The notes under the pieces are model-generated. The model had not been told where the DNA came from. It made no database searches and worked only from the letters and a program-made list of their open reading frames with translations. This document shows, in pieces, positions 30,590 to 40,970 of a stretch of DNA of 64,000 bases; position 1 is the stretch's first letter, and every line of letters begins with the position of its first letter. Source of the DNA: Camelus dromedarius (lineage: Eukaryota). The stretch covers positions 6,014,001 through 6,078,000 of the forward strand of contig NC_087462.1 of assembly GCF_036321535.1 (NCBI RefSeq), written 5' to 3'. The position numbers and the translations under genes are program-made.

Positions 30590-31030
30590 AGCTGTCACAT
30601 CCGAAGCTCCGCCCCTCCCAGCCGTCGCAGCGTTGGCCGACAGCGCCACTCACCTGGTGGCCTCCCCTTTAAGACGGCTCACCTGGGTGCTCACCTGCGA
30701 GCGGGCGCTTCCGCAGGAAGAAGGAAGCGGCACCACTGTCGCCTCCCGGCGCTCCCTCCCCACCGCCCAGGTCCGCCGGTCGCCACCATGTCTGCCTCGG
30801 CTGTCTTCATCCTCGACGTCAAGGGCAAGGTGAGGCCGGGCGCTGGGCAGCGGGGGACGCACAGGTGAGGCTGCGCGCTCCCGGACCCAGCGGCGGCCCC
30901 TCCCCGCGCGCCGCGCGGCCCCAGGGAGCTGCGGGGACGTGGGAGCGCCCCCTCCCCCAACCCCTGGGAGGCCCGCGTCCGTTCCCTCCTCCACTGTTCA
31001 CTGGCCGCGTGTCCGGGACAGTGAACTCCA
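30590..31030 (+). promoter_or_regulatory. AP1M2: CpG island / AP1M2 promoter with four CTCACCTG E-boxes
   Basis: CpG-rich; GC box CTCCGCCCC near 30607; E-boxes at 30649, 30678, 30690 (+) and 30862 (-). Confidence 0.8.
30788..30829 (+). CDS. AP1M2: AP1M2 exon 1
   Basis: 42 nt, MSASAVFILDVKGK, GTGAGG donor. Confidence 0.95.
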
Positions 31031-34000
31031 CCTTTCTGGGCCTCAGTCTCCCTGTCCGTACAAATGGGAATAACAGAGGGGCCCACTCAGGAAGAATTCA
31101 CGTAACCTTACGCGTGTACACGACCTAACACAGGAGCTCTGTTGCAAACATCAGGCATTCAATCAATTGAAATTATTTCTATCACCACCATCATCCGCTG
31201 TGTTAACATTTGGGGAATACTAATTCTGGGGCAGGGGCAGGAGATGCTAATTCCCCTTTGGGGCTGTCTTGTCCCCTTTGACTTGTCATTCAATAGCAAT
31301 GATAACGGTGGTGATGAGAACAATATTCCTGATGGTAACAGTAGTGAGAGCTACAGGGTGTGAGGACCTGCGGGGTGCCGTCCTGGTTCTAAACACCGGA
31401 CTAAACAACCTCACCATGTAGGTATTATTGTTAGTGACTGCTTACTGCCTGCCAGGCAGAGCTACGTGAGTTAGGAGAGTCGTGTGGATAGAATCATTTC
31501 AATTCTTTCTCTCTTTCATCCTCTCAGTTCTTTTTCTTTTTCTTTTTTTTTTTTTTCCTGGAGGGGAAAGGTAATTAGGTAAACAAACCTAATTGTTTAC
31601 CTAATTGCCTTATTTAAGGTTTTTTTTTTTAAATGGAGGTACTGGGAATTGAACTCAGGCCTCATGCATGCTAAGCACACGCTCTACCACGGAGCTATAC
31701 ACCCGCCCCACTCTCATCATCTCTACCTCACTGATTCGGTGAATTTGAAGCCTTAGGAGGAGGAATCCTGGAGCAAGGGCACCTTGATTCAACTCCCAGC
31801 GTCCCCACTTCTTTGGACATGGTTCATAGCTCAGTTTCCCCATCTGTAAAATGGAGATGATGATACCACCTACCTTATGGGGTTGTGGTGACAACTGAAC
31901 AAATCAGCAAGTATCCAGGCTTTAGTAAAACCCAACCTAGACATCAGCCGGGGCTTGAGTCACTCCAGCTGTTGTTCTCACGTGCCCATTTTCAGAGGAG
32001 GAAACTGAGATGCGGAAAGGCAGAGCCTTATCCAAGCCCCTCAGCCAGCAAGTAGGGTCAGAGCCCGGCCCTCTGATGCCCCCAGGGAGAGGGTACCTGG
32101 ATCCCAGCGTTGACTGGACCTTCTCTGCCCACCCTCAGCCCCTGATCAGCCGCAACTACAAGGGCGATGTGGCCATGAGCGAGATCGAACACTTCATGCC
32201 TCTGCTCATGCAGCGGGAGGAGGAGGGCGCCCTCACCCCGCTGCTGAGCCATGGCCGAGTCCACTTCCTGTGGATCAAATACAGCAACCTCTACTGTATC
32301 CAGCCACAGGCGGGTCCGTGGGGGCCTGGGGTGGTGGCCCAGAGGTGGCGGGGTGGGAGAGGAAGTGCACAGCACATCAGTGGCGCAGGCTGGAAGGTGA
32401 ATGTGGATAGGGTGGGGGTTCCAGTTCTGTGCTCCATTCAAACCCTCCAAAATGACACCCTTTCCTTGACTTGCTGCCCACAGTGGTGGCCACCACACTG
32501 AAGAATGCCAACGCCTCCCTCGTGTACTCCTTCCTCTACAAGACAGTGGAGGTAGGTCCTGGCCTTCCACTGGCCAGCTGGTCTGTCTACCTGTCTTGCC
32601 CACCTCTTTCAGTATCCATCTCTCCTAGGAAGCTTTTCATGATCTCCCTGGGGGTGCCCCCAGTCAAACCCCCATCACTCCATGCTCTCTTTGGCTGCTG
32701 TGGGATCATCTCTCCCTAGAGGGCAGAGACCAAGGAGGTCTCCAAGAGGGTGTACTGCTCAAATCTGAACTGTAGGGAACTGAGTTCCAAACCCAGCTCC
32801 CTCCCGGCCTGGCTATATGACCTTGGACGAGTCATTTCTCTCTGTGCCTCTAAACTAGGGGTTACAATATGTCCTGCCTCAGGGCTGTTGTACAAATTAA
32901 TGAGATCCATGCCTCTGAAGTGCCTAAAACAGTGCTCAGCATACAGTAAGTGCTCAATAAAGATTGAGTATTATTATTAACATTATGACTAATGTCACAT
33001 CGCACAATCAAATAGTGATTGGGTGCTTAGTATAGGCCATCCTTGATGACTGAGAAAGTGCTCAGTAAATACTTTTCAACAAACAAGAGATCTGTATTTG
33101 ATTTGTCTCCTCTGCACCAGGCAGAGGAGGGACCCAGTGGTGCATGAGACAGGCATGCTCCCTGCCTGTGCTGAGGAGTTAAAGGGCATGAAGGAGATTC
33201 ATTGTGACAACCAGTGACTGGGTACTAGTCTCACTGTGATACTCACAGGGGTTGAGGGATAGCGGTGGCTTCACTGAGGAGGTAACATTGGAGCTGAGGA
33301 CTGTAACAAGGAGCCTGCTATGAGGAGAGGGTCCTAGGCAGAGGGGATAGCATGTGCAAAGGCCCTGAGGTGGGAATAGAAAGAAGGCCAGAGAGGCCAG
33401 AGCAGATGTTCGATGGCTGACAGGTTCTCTGCTGTGGTCATGTGTACTAAGTCTCAGGGGCTCTTATCTTGGGTTCCCTCAAGTCCCAAGGGCCCCTGGA
33501 TATAATTCAGGAAGTCCATGAACTTAGACATCTTTCTGTTTACTAGTTTTCTTTTGCCATCCTGTGTATTTTATTTTTTTGCTTTTACAGGCCTTATTCT
33601 AAGGTGGGTCCATTAACATCACCAGATACACAGGGAGCCATAGTCCATAAAACAAAAAACAAAAACATTCTGAGCCCTTCCAATCCCTCCTCCAGGAAGT
33701 CTTCCTGGACCTCCCTGCCTCTGGGCTCCTACTTTGCTTGTATTTTTCTCATTATTGCACCCAACATGTTGGATGATATTATTCTCACTACCAGTCCATT
33801 TACCCTACAAGACTGTACCATGAGGGCAGAGACTCTGTTGGCAGTGCCATTATTGTCCTTGCACTGGTATACAGTGGGCACTCAATAGTTACTTGTTGGA
33901 TGGCTGGATCAGTGGGGACCCAGCCTTGGCCTGGGCTACACCAGCCACATCTCCATGGGTGTCGGTCTCCCCACGCCCCCAGGTATTCTCTGAATACTTC

Positions 34001-37000
34001 AAGGAGCTGGAGGAGGAGAGCATCCGAGACAACTTCGTCATCATCTACGAGCTGCTGGATGAGCTCATGGACTTCGGCTTCCCGCAGACCACCGACAGCA
34101 AGATCCTGCAGGAGTGAGTGGGCCTTGGGTTCAGCCACAGAGTGGGCCACGGGTGGAAGTTGGAGAGGGCCGGTGAGTGTCCCTGGGCCCACCTGCTTGT
34201 TCCCCTGCCCTCCTGCCAGGTACATCACGCAGCAGGGCAACAAACTGGAGACGGGCAAGTCGCGGGTGCCACCCACCGTCACCAATGCTGTGTCCTGGCG
34301 CTCTGAGGGCATCAAGTACAAGAAGAACGAGGTCTTCATTGATGTCATAGAGTCGGTCAATCTGCTGGTGAGCCTTCACACCTCCGCCCCAGCCCCACCA
34401 CGGTCTGGGGGCAAGAGAGGGGACCCTATGCCTGTTGACCCCTCCATGTGTGCATCCTCAGGTCAATGCCAATGGCAGTGTCCTGCTGAGCGAGATCGTG
34501 GGCACCATCAAGCTCAAGGTGTTTCTGTCGGGAATGCCCGAGCTGCGGCTGGGCCTCAACGACCGCGTGCTCTTCGAGCTCACTGGCCGTAAGCTTATGG
34601 AAGAGGGCCCACAGGGGACCCCTCTCGCCCCATCTGGGGACCCACAGAATCGCAGTCAGTTCTGAAATAGCACTTGCGCGCCCTCTGCTGGTTATGATCA
34701 GTACTGCAACTGCTGGTTCCCTGGCAAACAACGCTGCTTCATTGAGAGCCAGGCCCAGGGACACCATAGTGAAACAAACAAACAATCAAACAAACAAACA
34801 AAACAGAACAAACCCCTCCCTCATGGAGCTGACATTTCACTTGGAGGAGGAGACAGAATAGCATTATATGTAACAATTATGTGTATGGCAGCAAGAGCCA
34901 GATTCCCTGAATTGGCATCCTAGCTTTGCCCCTGGCCAGCTGGGTGACCCTGGGAAAGTTACTCAGCCACTCTGGGCCTCAGTTTCCTCATCTGTAAAGT
35001 GGGGGTGATAGTAACAGTAGACAGGAAAGGTAGGGGTAGGGACTCTGCCCCGGGCTTCAGGGTCACTCTGCTAACTCGGCTCTGAGTTTCAGGGAGCAAG
35101 AACAAGTCCGTGGAACTGGAGGATGTGAAATTCCACCAGTGTGTGCGGCTCTCCCGCTTCGACAACGACCGAACAATCTCCTTCATCCCACCTGACGGTG
35201 ACTTCGAGCTCATGTCCTACCGCCTCAGCACCCAGGTGAGGCAGGGTCAACCCCATAGCAAGGGGCAAGAGGTGACCCCAGAGCCTCGGAGGAACTCCCT
35301 CTTCTGTCTATAGGTCAAGCCACTGATCTGGATTGAATCTGTCATTGAGAAATTCTCCCACAGCCGCGTGGAGATCATGGTCAAGGTGAGCCCTGGGGAA
35401 TAACTACTCTCAATGCTTAATCTGCCCCTTCCATCACTGCCAACAATCTAACCTCATCTCCCACCTCCCTACTTCCTTCCAGCCACGCTGGTCTCCTGGC
35501 TGGTTCTGAGACATGTCAGACATGGTCCCTGGCTGTCCTCTCTCCCTGGATCACTCTGCCCCCAGCCACCCAGATATCCACATGGGGCTCCTTCCTTCAC
35601 CTCCTTCAGTTATTTGCTTAAATGTCACCTCCTCAGAGGAGCCTTCCCTGATTTCCTCACCTCTCTTCTTTGTTCTATTTTTTTCCTTATCATTTACCAT
35701 CATCTGACACATGATGTGTTTTACTGACTTACTTTCATATACATATACAAACCGCATAGTGTATTTATATGATTTAAAGATTAATAATAAGCCATCCAGC
35801 TTATCTGAACATGCTTGGCTTGGCCAGAGCCTCTGAACCCCCACTTGTCTCTCCCTCATTTACACTCCTCCCTTACCCACAGGCAATTGCTGTCTTGAAT
35901 TTCACATAAATTATTGCTTCGCTTTTCTTTGTAATTTTGCCACCCGTATTTGTAACCATAAATATTTCATTCTGCCGGTTTCTGACCTTCATATCTACGG
36001 ATTCGGGCTGTATGACTTTTTGTGTAACTTGCTTTGCACATGTGATGCTAATTTTTAAGAGGAATCTCAGGAGCCATAGCTTAGAGCATCCATTTCTGTG
36101 GCTGTAGAATATTCTACCGTGAGAATCTTTCATCCCTTCTCTTTCTCTCTCTCTCTCTTTTTTTATTGCATTTTTTTTTATTGAAGTATAGTCAATTTAC
36201 AATGTTGTGTCAATTTCTGATGCACAGCATAATGTTTCAGTCATACATACACAGACATATATATGTTTTCATATTCTTTTCCATTATAGGTTACTACAAG
36301 ATATTGAATATAGTTCCATGTGTTCCATCCTTTCCCTTGCCTGGGTTGTTTTCAGTTCTTGGCTATTTGGGGTCACATGGCCATGAACAGCTTTGTGCAC
36401 ATCTCCCAGTTCCCCCATTAAGAGCTTCTCCAGACCATATAGTTAGTTCTCTTTTACAGGTGGGGATTCTGAGGCCCAGATGGATGGAGATATCACTCAT
36501 CTGCCTGCTCAGATGAGGGGTCCTTTTGAAGCAGGCAAAGGCGTTTCTCATGGGTGTGGACCCCAGATCTGCCACTTGTAGGCTGTGTGTCTCCAGGCAA
36601 ATGCCTTAACTTCTCTGTGCCTTTGTTCCATCATCTGAAAATGGGAAGGATTATGATCCCCACTTCAGGCTGTGGAGGCTTTTGATGAGATGGTGCATGG
36701 AAAGAGCTTGGTGAACATTTGCATGAGTGAATTCTGTGTGTCCTGTGCTCTCTCCACTGACAGGCCAAGGGGCAATTTAAGAAGCAGTCGGTGGCCAACA
36801 GTGTGGAGATATCTGTGCCTGTACCCAGTGACGCTGACTCCCCACGCTTCAAGACCAGCGTGGGCAGTGCCAAGTATGTGCCGGAAAAGAATGTTGTTAT
36901 TTGGAGTATCAAGTCTTTCCCGGTGAGCACTGGGGATGGCCGGGGATTGGGGGACCTGCCCCTGTGGCTTGAGGGCAAGGCAGAGAATAAATTGGAGAAC

Positions 37001-38564
37001 CACGTTCACAGGCACATGGCTAGCCTTTGATGGGTGATAGAGGTGGAAACCAGGCCAGCATGGTGGTTAAACTCTCCATGACCCAGGTCTTGAGGAGACC
37101 AGCCCTGGGTTCAGATTCCTCTCCCTTGTCTCTGTGAGCTAGACAGCCTTGGGACACCCACTTCCCCTCATGCAGCCTTGGTTGCTCATCTGTGAAATGG
37201 GCAGGATCCTGTTCGCCATGTCTTGGGCTGCTAGAGGATCTGGTCTGTCCCTGGGATCTGGGGTGGGGGTGTTCATAGGGGTCTGGAAAATGGGGGACGA
37301 TCATTAGAAGGCCCCTGATCAGGCTTTGCAGTCAGAGGCTTTGGCAGTGAGTCTTGGCCAGGAGCCTTTACTTTCTTGTCTGTGAAATGGGCTGAGAGCA
37401 GAGCCAGCCCTGGGGGGTGTTGTGAATATGGTCTGGGGTATGTAGGGTCCCCTCAGTGTGTCTGATACCCCCATGTGTCCTCAGGGGGGCAAGGAGTACC
37501 TGATGCGAGCCCATTTTGGCCTCCCCAGCGTGGAGAAGGAGGAGGTAGAGGGCCGGCCCCCCATTGGGGTCAAGTTTGAGATTCCCTATTTCACTGTCTC
37601 CGGGATCCAGGTGAGAGAAGTGGGAAGGGTGACCCCTCTCCTTGACCTCAGTGTGTTCCCCTCTCTCTCATCTCTTGGCTGGGATCACTTCCGTTCCCTG
37701 GGCTGGGTCATCTCTCCTTTGCAATCATCCTTAACTTTTCCTGGAATAATGTTGATTTTTCTGCTCTCAGCCTGGGTCCCCTCTCCCTTCACCTCTCACT
37801 ATGCCCTGTGCCCAAACTATGTTGTGTCTATTCCCTTATACAGTGGCATCTCTCCCACTGTCCTGGACCACCTCCCCCCAACCCCCCACCATGGCCCTTA
37901 CCACATCTCTGCCCTGAGCCATGTTACTTCATTACTCCCAGCTGTGCCATCTTATTCCCCCAAGTCATGGTACATGTATTCCCCTGGCCCCAGCCAGCTC
38001 TCTCCCCCTAGCCTGGGCCACCTCCTTTCATCCCCTTCCAGGTCCGATACATGAAGATCATCGAGAAGAGTGGTTACCAGGCCCTGCCGTGGGTCCGCTA
38101 TATCACTCAGAGTGGTGGTAAGGCAACCTGGCTCCCTGGAACAATGGGGGCAAAAAGATGAGAGGGGTGGCCCTGGGGCTTTGATATATCCTGTCTCAGA
38201 GGGCTCCAAGACTCATCAGACCTTGCCCCAGGCCTAATCCATCTTTGTCTGTATGCCACCCTGGGCCTCAGTTTCCTTATCTTTAAAATGGGGACAGTTG
38301 CCAGTTCCAGGGTAGCAGTGGTGGGTTTGGATGAAGGGCTGAACATATAGCCCCCTCCGTCTACTGCCTGGAAACAGGCTTGTTGCTATGGTTACAGTCC
38401 CTGTGTTTGACTCCATCCTTCCCCTTGCTACGTACTTGTGGGGTTGATGATGAGCCCTGGGGAAGGGGATGGATTTGGGGGAGGCACTGCCCTTCTGTCT
38501 CCCCAGTTCTGAGATTGTCCCTGCTCCTTGTTTCCCTGCAGATTATCAACTTCGTACCAGCTAG
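30788..38564 (+). CDS. AP1M2: AP-1 complex subunit mu-2 (mu1B), 12 coding exons, 423 aa
   Basis: Exons sum to 1272 nt; MSASAVFILDVKGK...DYQLRTS*; GCCACCATG Kozak; adaptin mu motifs IYELLDELMDFGFPQ, LSGMPELRLGLND, FIPPDGDFELMSY. Confidence 0.97.
31545..31708 (-). mobile_element. Vic-1-like SINE with rearranged palindromic tail (AP1M2 intron 1)
   Basis: Reverse-complement head; tail carries a 17-bp inverted repeat. Confidence 0.85.
32139..32295 (+). CDS. AP1M2: AP1M2 exon 2
   Basis: 157 nt, PLISRNYKG...YSNLY; donor GTATCC. Confidence 0.94.
32296..32483 (+). other. AP1M2: Probable U12-type (minor) intron, AP1M2 intron 2
   Basis: 5'ss GTATCCAG; branch TTCCTTGAC (32462-32470) 13 nt before the exon. 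Confidence 0.8.
32484..32551 (+). CDS. AP1M2: AP1M2 exon 3
   Basis: 68 nt, VATTLKNANASLVYSFLYKTVE. Confidence 0.94.
33983..34113 (+). CDS. AP1M2: AP1M2 exon 4
   Basis: 131 nt, VFSEYFKELEEESIRDNF...KILQ. Confidence 0.95.
34220..34367 (+). CDS. AP1M2: AP1M2 exon 5
   Basis: 148 nt, YITQQGNKLE...ESVNLL. Confidence 0.95.
34462..34588 (+). CDS. AP1M2: AP1M2 exon 6
   Basis: 127 nt, VNANGSVLL...FELTG. Confidence 0.95.
35093..35235 (+). CDS. AP1M2: AP1M2 exon 7 (alternative start 35087 adds 2 codons)
   Basis: 143 nt, SKNKSVELEDVKFHQ...RLSTQ. Confidence 0.93.
35314..35385 (+). CDS. AP1M2: AP1M2 exon 8
   Basis: 72 nt, VKPLIWIESVIEKFSHSRVEIMVK. Confidence 0.95.
36165..36320 (-). mobile_element. LINE-1 3' end (AP1M2 intron 8)
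   Basis: TTGAAGTATAGTCAATTTACAATGTTGTG...GATATTGAATATAGTTCC. Confidence 0.75.
36764..36922 (+). CDS. AP1M2: AP1M2 exon 9
   Basis: 159 nt, AKGQFKKQS...IKSFP. Confidence 0.95.
37485..37610 (+). CDS. AP1M2: AP1M2 exon 10
   Basis: 126 nt, GGKEYLMRAHF...VSGIQ. Confidence 0.95.
38042..38117 (+). CDS. AP1M2: AP1M2 exon 11
   Basis: 76 nt, VRYMKIIEKSGYQALPWVRYITQSG. Confidence 0.95.
38542..38564 (+). CDS. AP1M2: AP1M2 exon 12 coding part
   Basis: 23 nt, YQLRTS then TAG. Confidence 0.95.
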
Positions 38565-38905
38565 AAGGAAGAAGAGGTGAACCCGGGCTGTCCTCTCCCC
38601 AGGTCTCCACTGCAGACTCTAGAGAGGGATGGAAGATGGGGGGTGTGTGTGAGGGCAGACCCTGAGTTAGCAGTGTCTTGCTGCCTGAGTTTTTCCTTTA
38701 CCCATAGGCTGGGAAGAATGTTTTCCAGGCTCCTGCCCTTCCCCTCCTCCTCCGATTTTATATGAAGAAATAGAAGAGGGGCTTGAAGTCCCCCTCATGA
38801 GTGCCTTCGTGCAGTGACCTGCCTTAGGAGGTGTGGAGGGGGTCCCTCCTCCTCCACAGCTGCTGAGCCAAGAGGCCCCGCTGGCCCATTCTGTTTTAGG
38901 ATGGC

Positions 38906-38911
38906 ATTAAA
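38906..38911 (+). terminator. AP1M2: AP1M2 polyadenylation signal (ATTAAA)
   Basis: ATTAAA ~340 nt after the stop, followed by a GT-rich tract (ctgtgtatgtgcttttt). Confidence 0.7.
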
Positions 38912-39229
38912 AAGATTAATCTTGCTGCTGTGTATGTGCTTTTTGGCTGGGGACTGGGGATGCCAGGGATGTCCCTAAAGTGCTGGGATAAGAGAGGGCA
39001 ATGCATATTCGTTTCTCAGCCCTGGTCATCCCTCCTCTGGGCCCTCGCAGTTGCCTCCGCCTTTGTCCCCCTGGCTCCGGGCTTTCCTCCCCAACGACAG
39101 CTAGTTCCACTTATGGCCGCCAGGGGGCGCCCGTTAACGCCTAAGACCATGGCTTTTCTGCTCTGAACCCTCCCAGGGTTCCATTCTTTATAAAAAAGTG
39201 AAAGTCTAGTGCTCACCGCAGCCCACAAG

Positions 39230-39950
39230 CCTGATCAGCATTACCCCTTCTCGCCTCACCTATCGGCTCTCACCTCCCTCCTCTCCCTCTGTACCTCACT
39301 CTTCCTGGATTTATCAGACACTCTCTGGATTTACCAGGCACGCTCCCACCTCAGGGCCTTTGCATCTGTAGCGCCTCCACCTGGCATGCTTTCCCCCAGA
39401 TATCCACATTGCTCCATCCCTCGCTTTCAGGTCTCAAATGAAATGTCACCTCCTCAGGGTGGCCCTCACTGACCTCTCTATTTCAGCGGCCTTCCTTTCC
39501 CAAGAGACTATCACTTATCCCGTTTTATGAGCTCCTTAGTGTATACCACTCTGAAGATTATCTTCTCTAGCCCTCAACGGTCGGCGTCTTGCAGCAAGAG
39601 GCACCCTGCTTGCTCTCCACGTGAGCGCCTAGTACACAGAAGGTACTCCGGAATTGTTTGAAGTCCTCTGTTAAGAGCCGCCTCCGACCGCTACCTTCAC
39701 CTCCCAGGCTCACCCATGTGGCAGCTGCAGCGTGGAACTTTCCTCCACGCCCTTGCACTTGCTGTGCCAGGGCTGGCTCAATCTGAGCCAGAACGTGATT
39801 CCTTCCGCACCCACCCCATTTCCACATTTTATTTTCTTCACGGTGCTTAACGCTATCTAAAATTATTTAGTTGTGCGCTCCAGCGCCGGGAACCGTTCCT
39901 GCACACAAAGATCGAATGAAATAAAGTGCTCAGCGAATAGTAAGAGTTAA
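39230..39950. mobile_element. L2 remnants between AP1M2 and CDKN2D
   Basis: CTCAGGGCCTTTGCATCTG, CAAATGAAATGTCACCTCCTCAG. Confidence 0.6.
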
Positions 39951-40970
39951 TAAATGCCTATCCCACGCCCGAACGGTAGAACCCCGAACTGGGCGTCCTC
40001 AGCCCTGCCTCCCTCTCCCCCAGCGGTGCCGAGGTGCCGGAGCAGCCCGCGCTACACTGCCCCTGCCCTTTATCCCCCGAGTCGGTTAAAACGGCCCTCT
40101 TTCCCGCCCGCCCGGCGCGTTTGAAAAACCGAAAACCCCGCCATTGCCGGCGGTCCACCGGTCGCCGCTGTTAGTCCAATCAGCAACGGCCCCGCCCACG
40201 CCAGGGCGCAAAGCCTCCCTGGCGACGAGTGGCCATTGGCTGCGCTGGCCTCGTGGGCGCGGCACTACAAGGTCGCGAGCCGGGCAACGCGGCGGGGCTA
40301 CAACGTAGCGAGTTCGTAAGAAAACAAATCCGTAGCGTTAGGGGGCGGGGCCTCGAGAGCGCTGGCTCCGCCCTCTGGCGGACGGCTTGGCTGCGGCGAC
40401 TGAGTCTGCTCAGAATAGACCCCGCCCGTCGAGGAGGAGGGAGGGTGAGTTGAGGGGAGACCCGGCCCATAAGGGGCGGGCGCCGGGCAGGGCCCTGCGG
40501 GTGGTGGAGGGTAGGGCCCGACTCCCAGCCCCTGGCTACCCACCGGCTGACAGGGGGAGGAGCCACCCGGGAGGGCGGGGGTCGCGCCGGAGCCCGGGAC
40601 TGGGGAGTCGGACCGAGAGCCTCGCGCAGGCCGGGGACGCCACGAGAGGGCTGTTCGGGCCACCGCTGGCAGGCTCCCCAGCACTGACCGCGCCGGGGTG
40701 GGGCGGGGGGCTTCACAGGTCACCAGTGTCGACATGCTGCTGGAGGAGGTCCGCGCCGGCGACCGGCTTAGTGGGGCCGCGGCCCGAGGCGACGTGCTGG
40801 AGGTGCGCCGCCTTCTGCACCGCGAGCTGGTGCACCCCGACGCCCTGAACCGCTTTGGCAAGACTGCGCTGCAGGTGAGGCCCGGCAGGCCAGTAGCGAG
40901 GGCAAGGCGAGGAGCGGGACAGGGACTGGGACCTCAAACCCCTTCCCTCTCGTCTCCCGTCCAGGGTGGT
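39870..40970 (+). promoter_or_regulatory. CDKN2D: CpG island / CDKN2D promoter (E2F, CHR, CCAAT, GC boxes)
   Basis: TTTCCCGC 40100-40107, TTTGAA 40120-40125, CCAAT 40176-40180, ATTGG 40235-40239. Confidence 0.8.
40734..40874 (+). CDS. CDKN2D: CDKN2D coding exon 1
   Basis: 141 nt ending FGKTALQ, GTGAGG donor. Confidence 0.95.
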
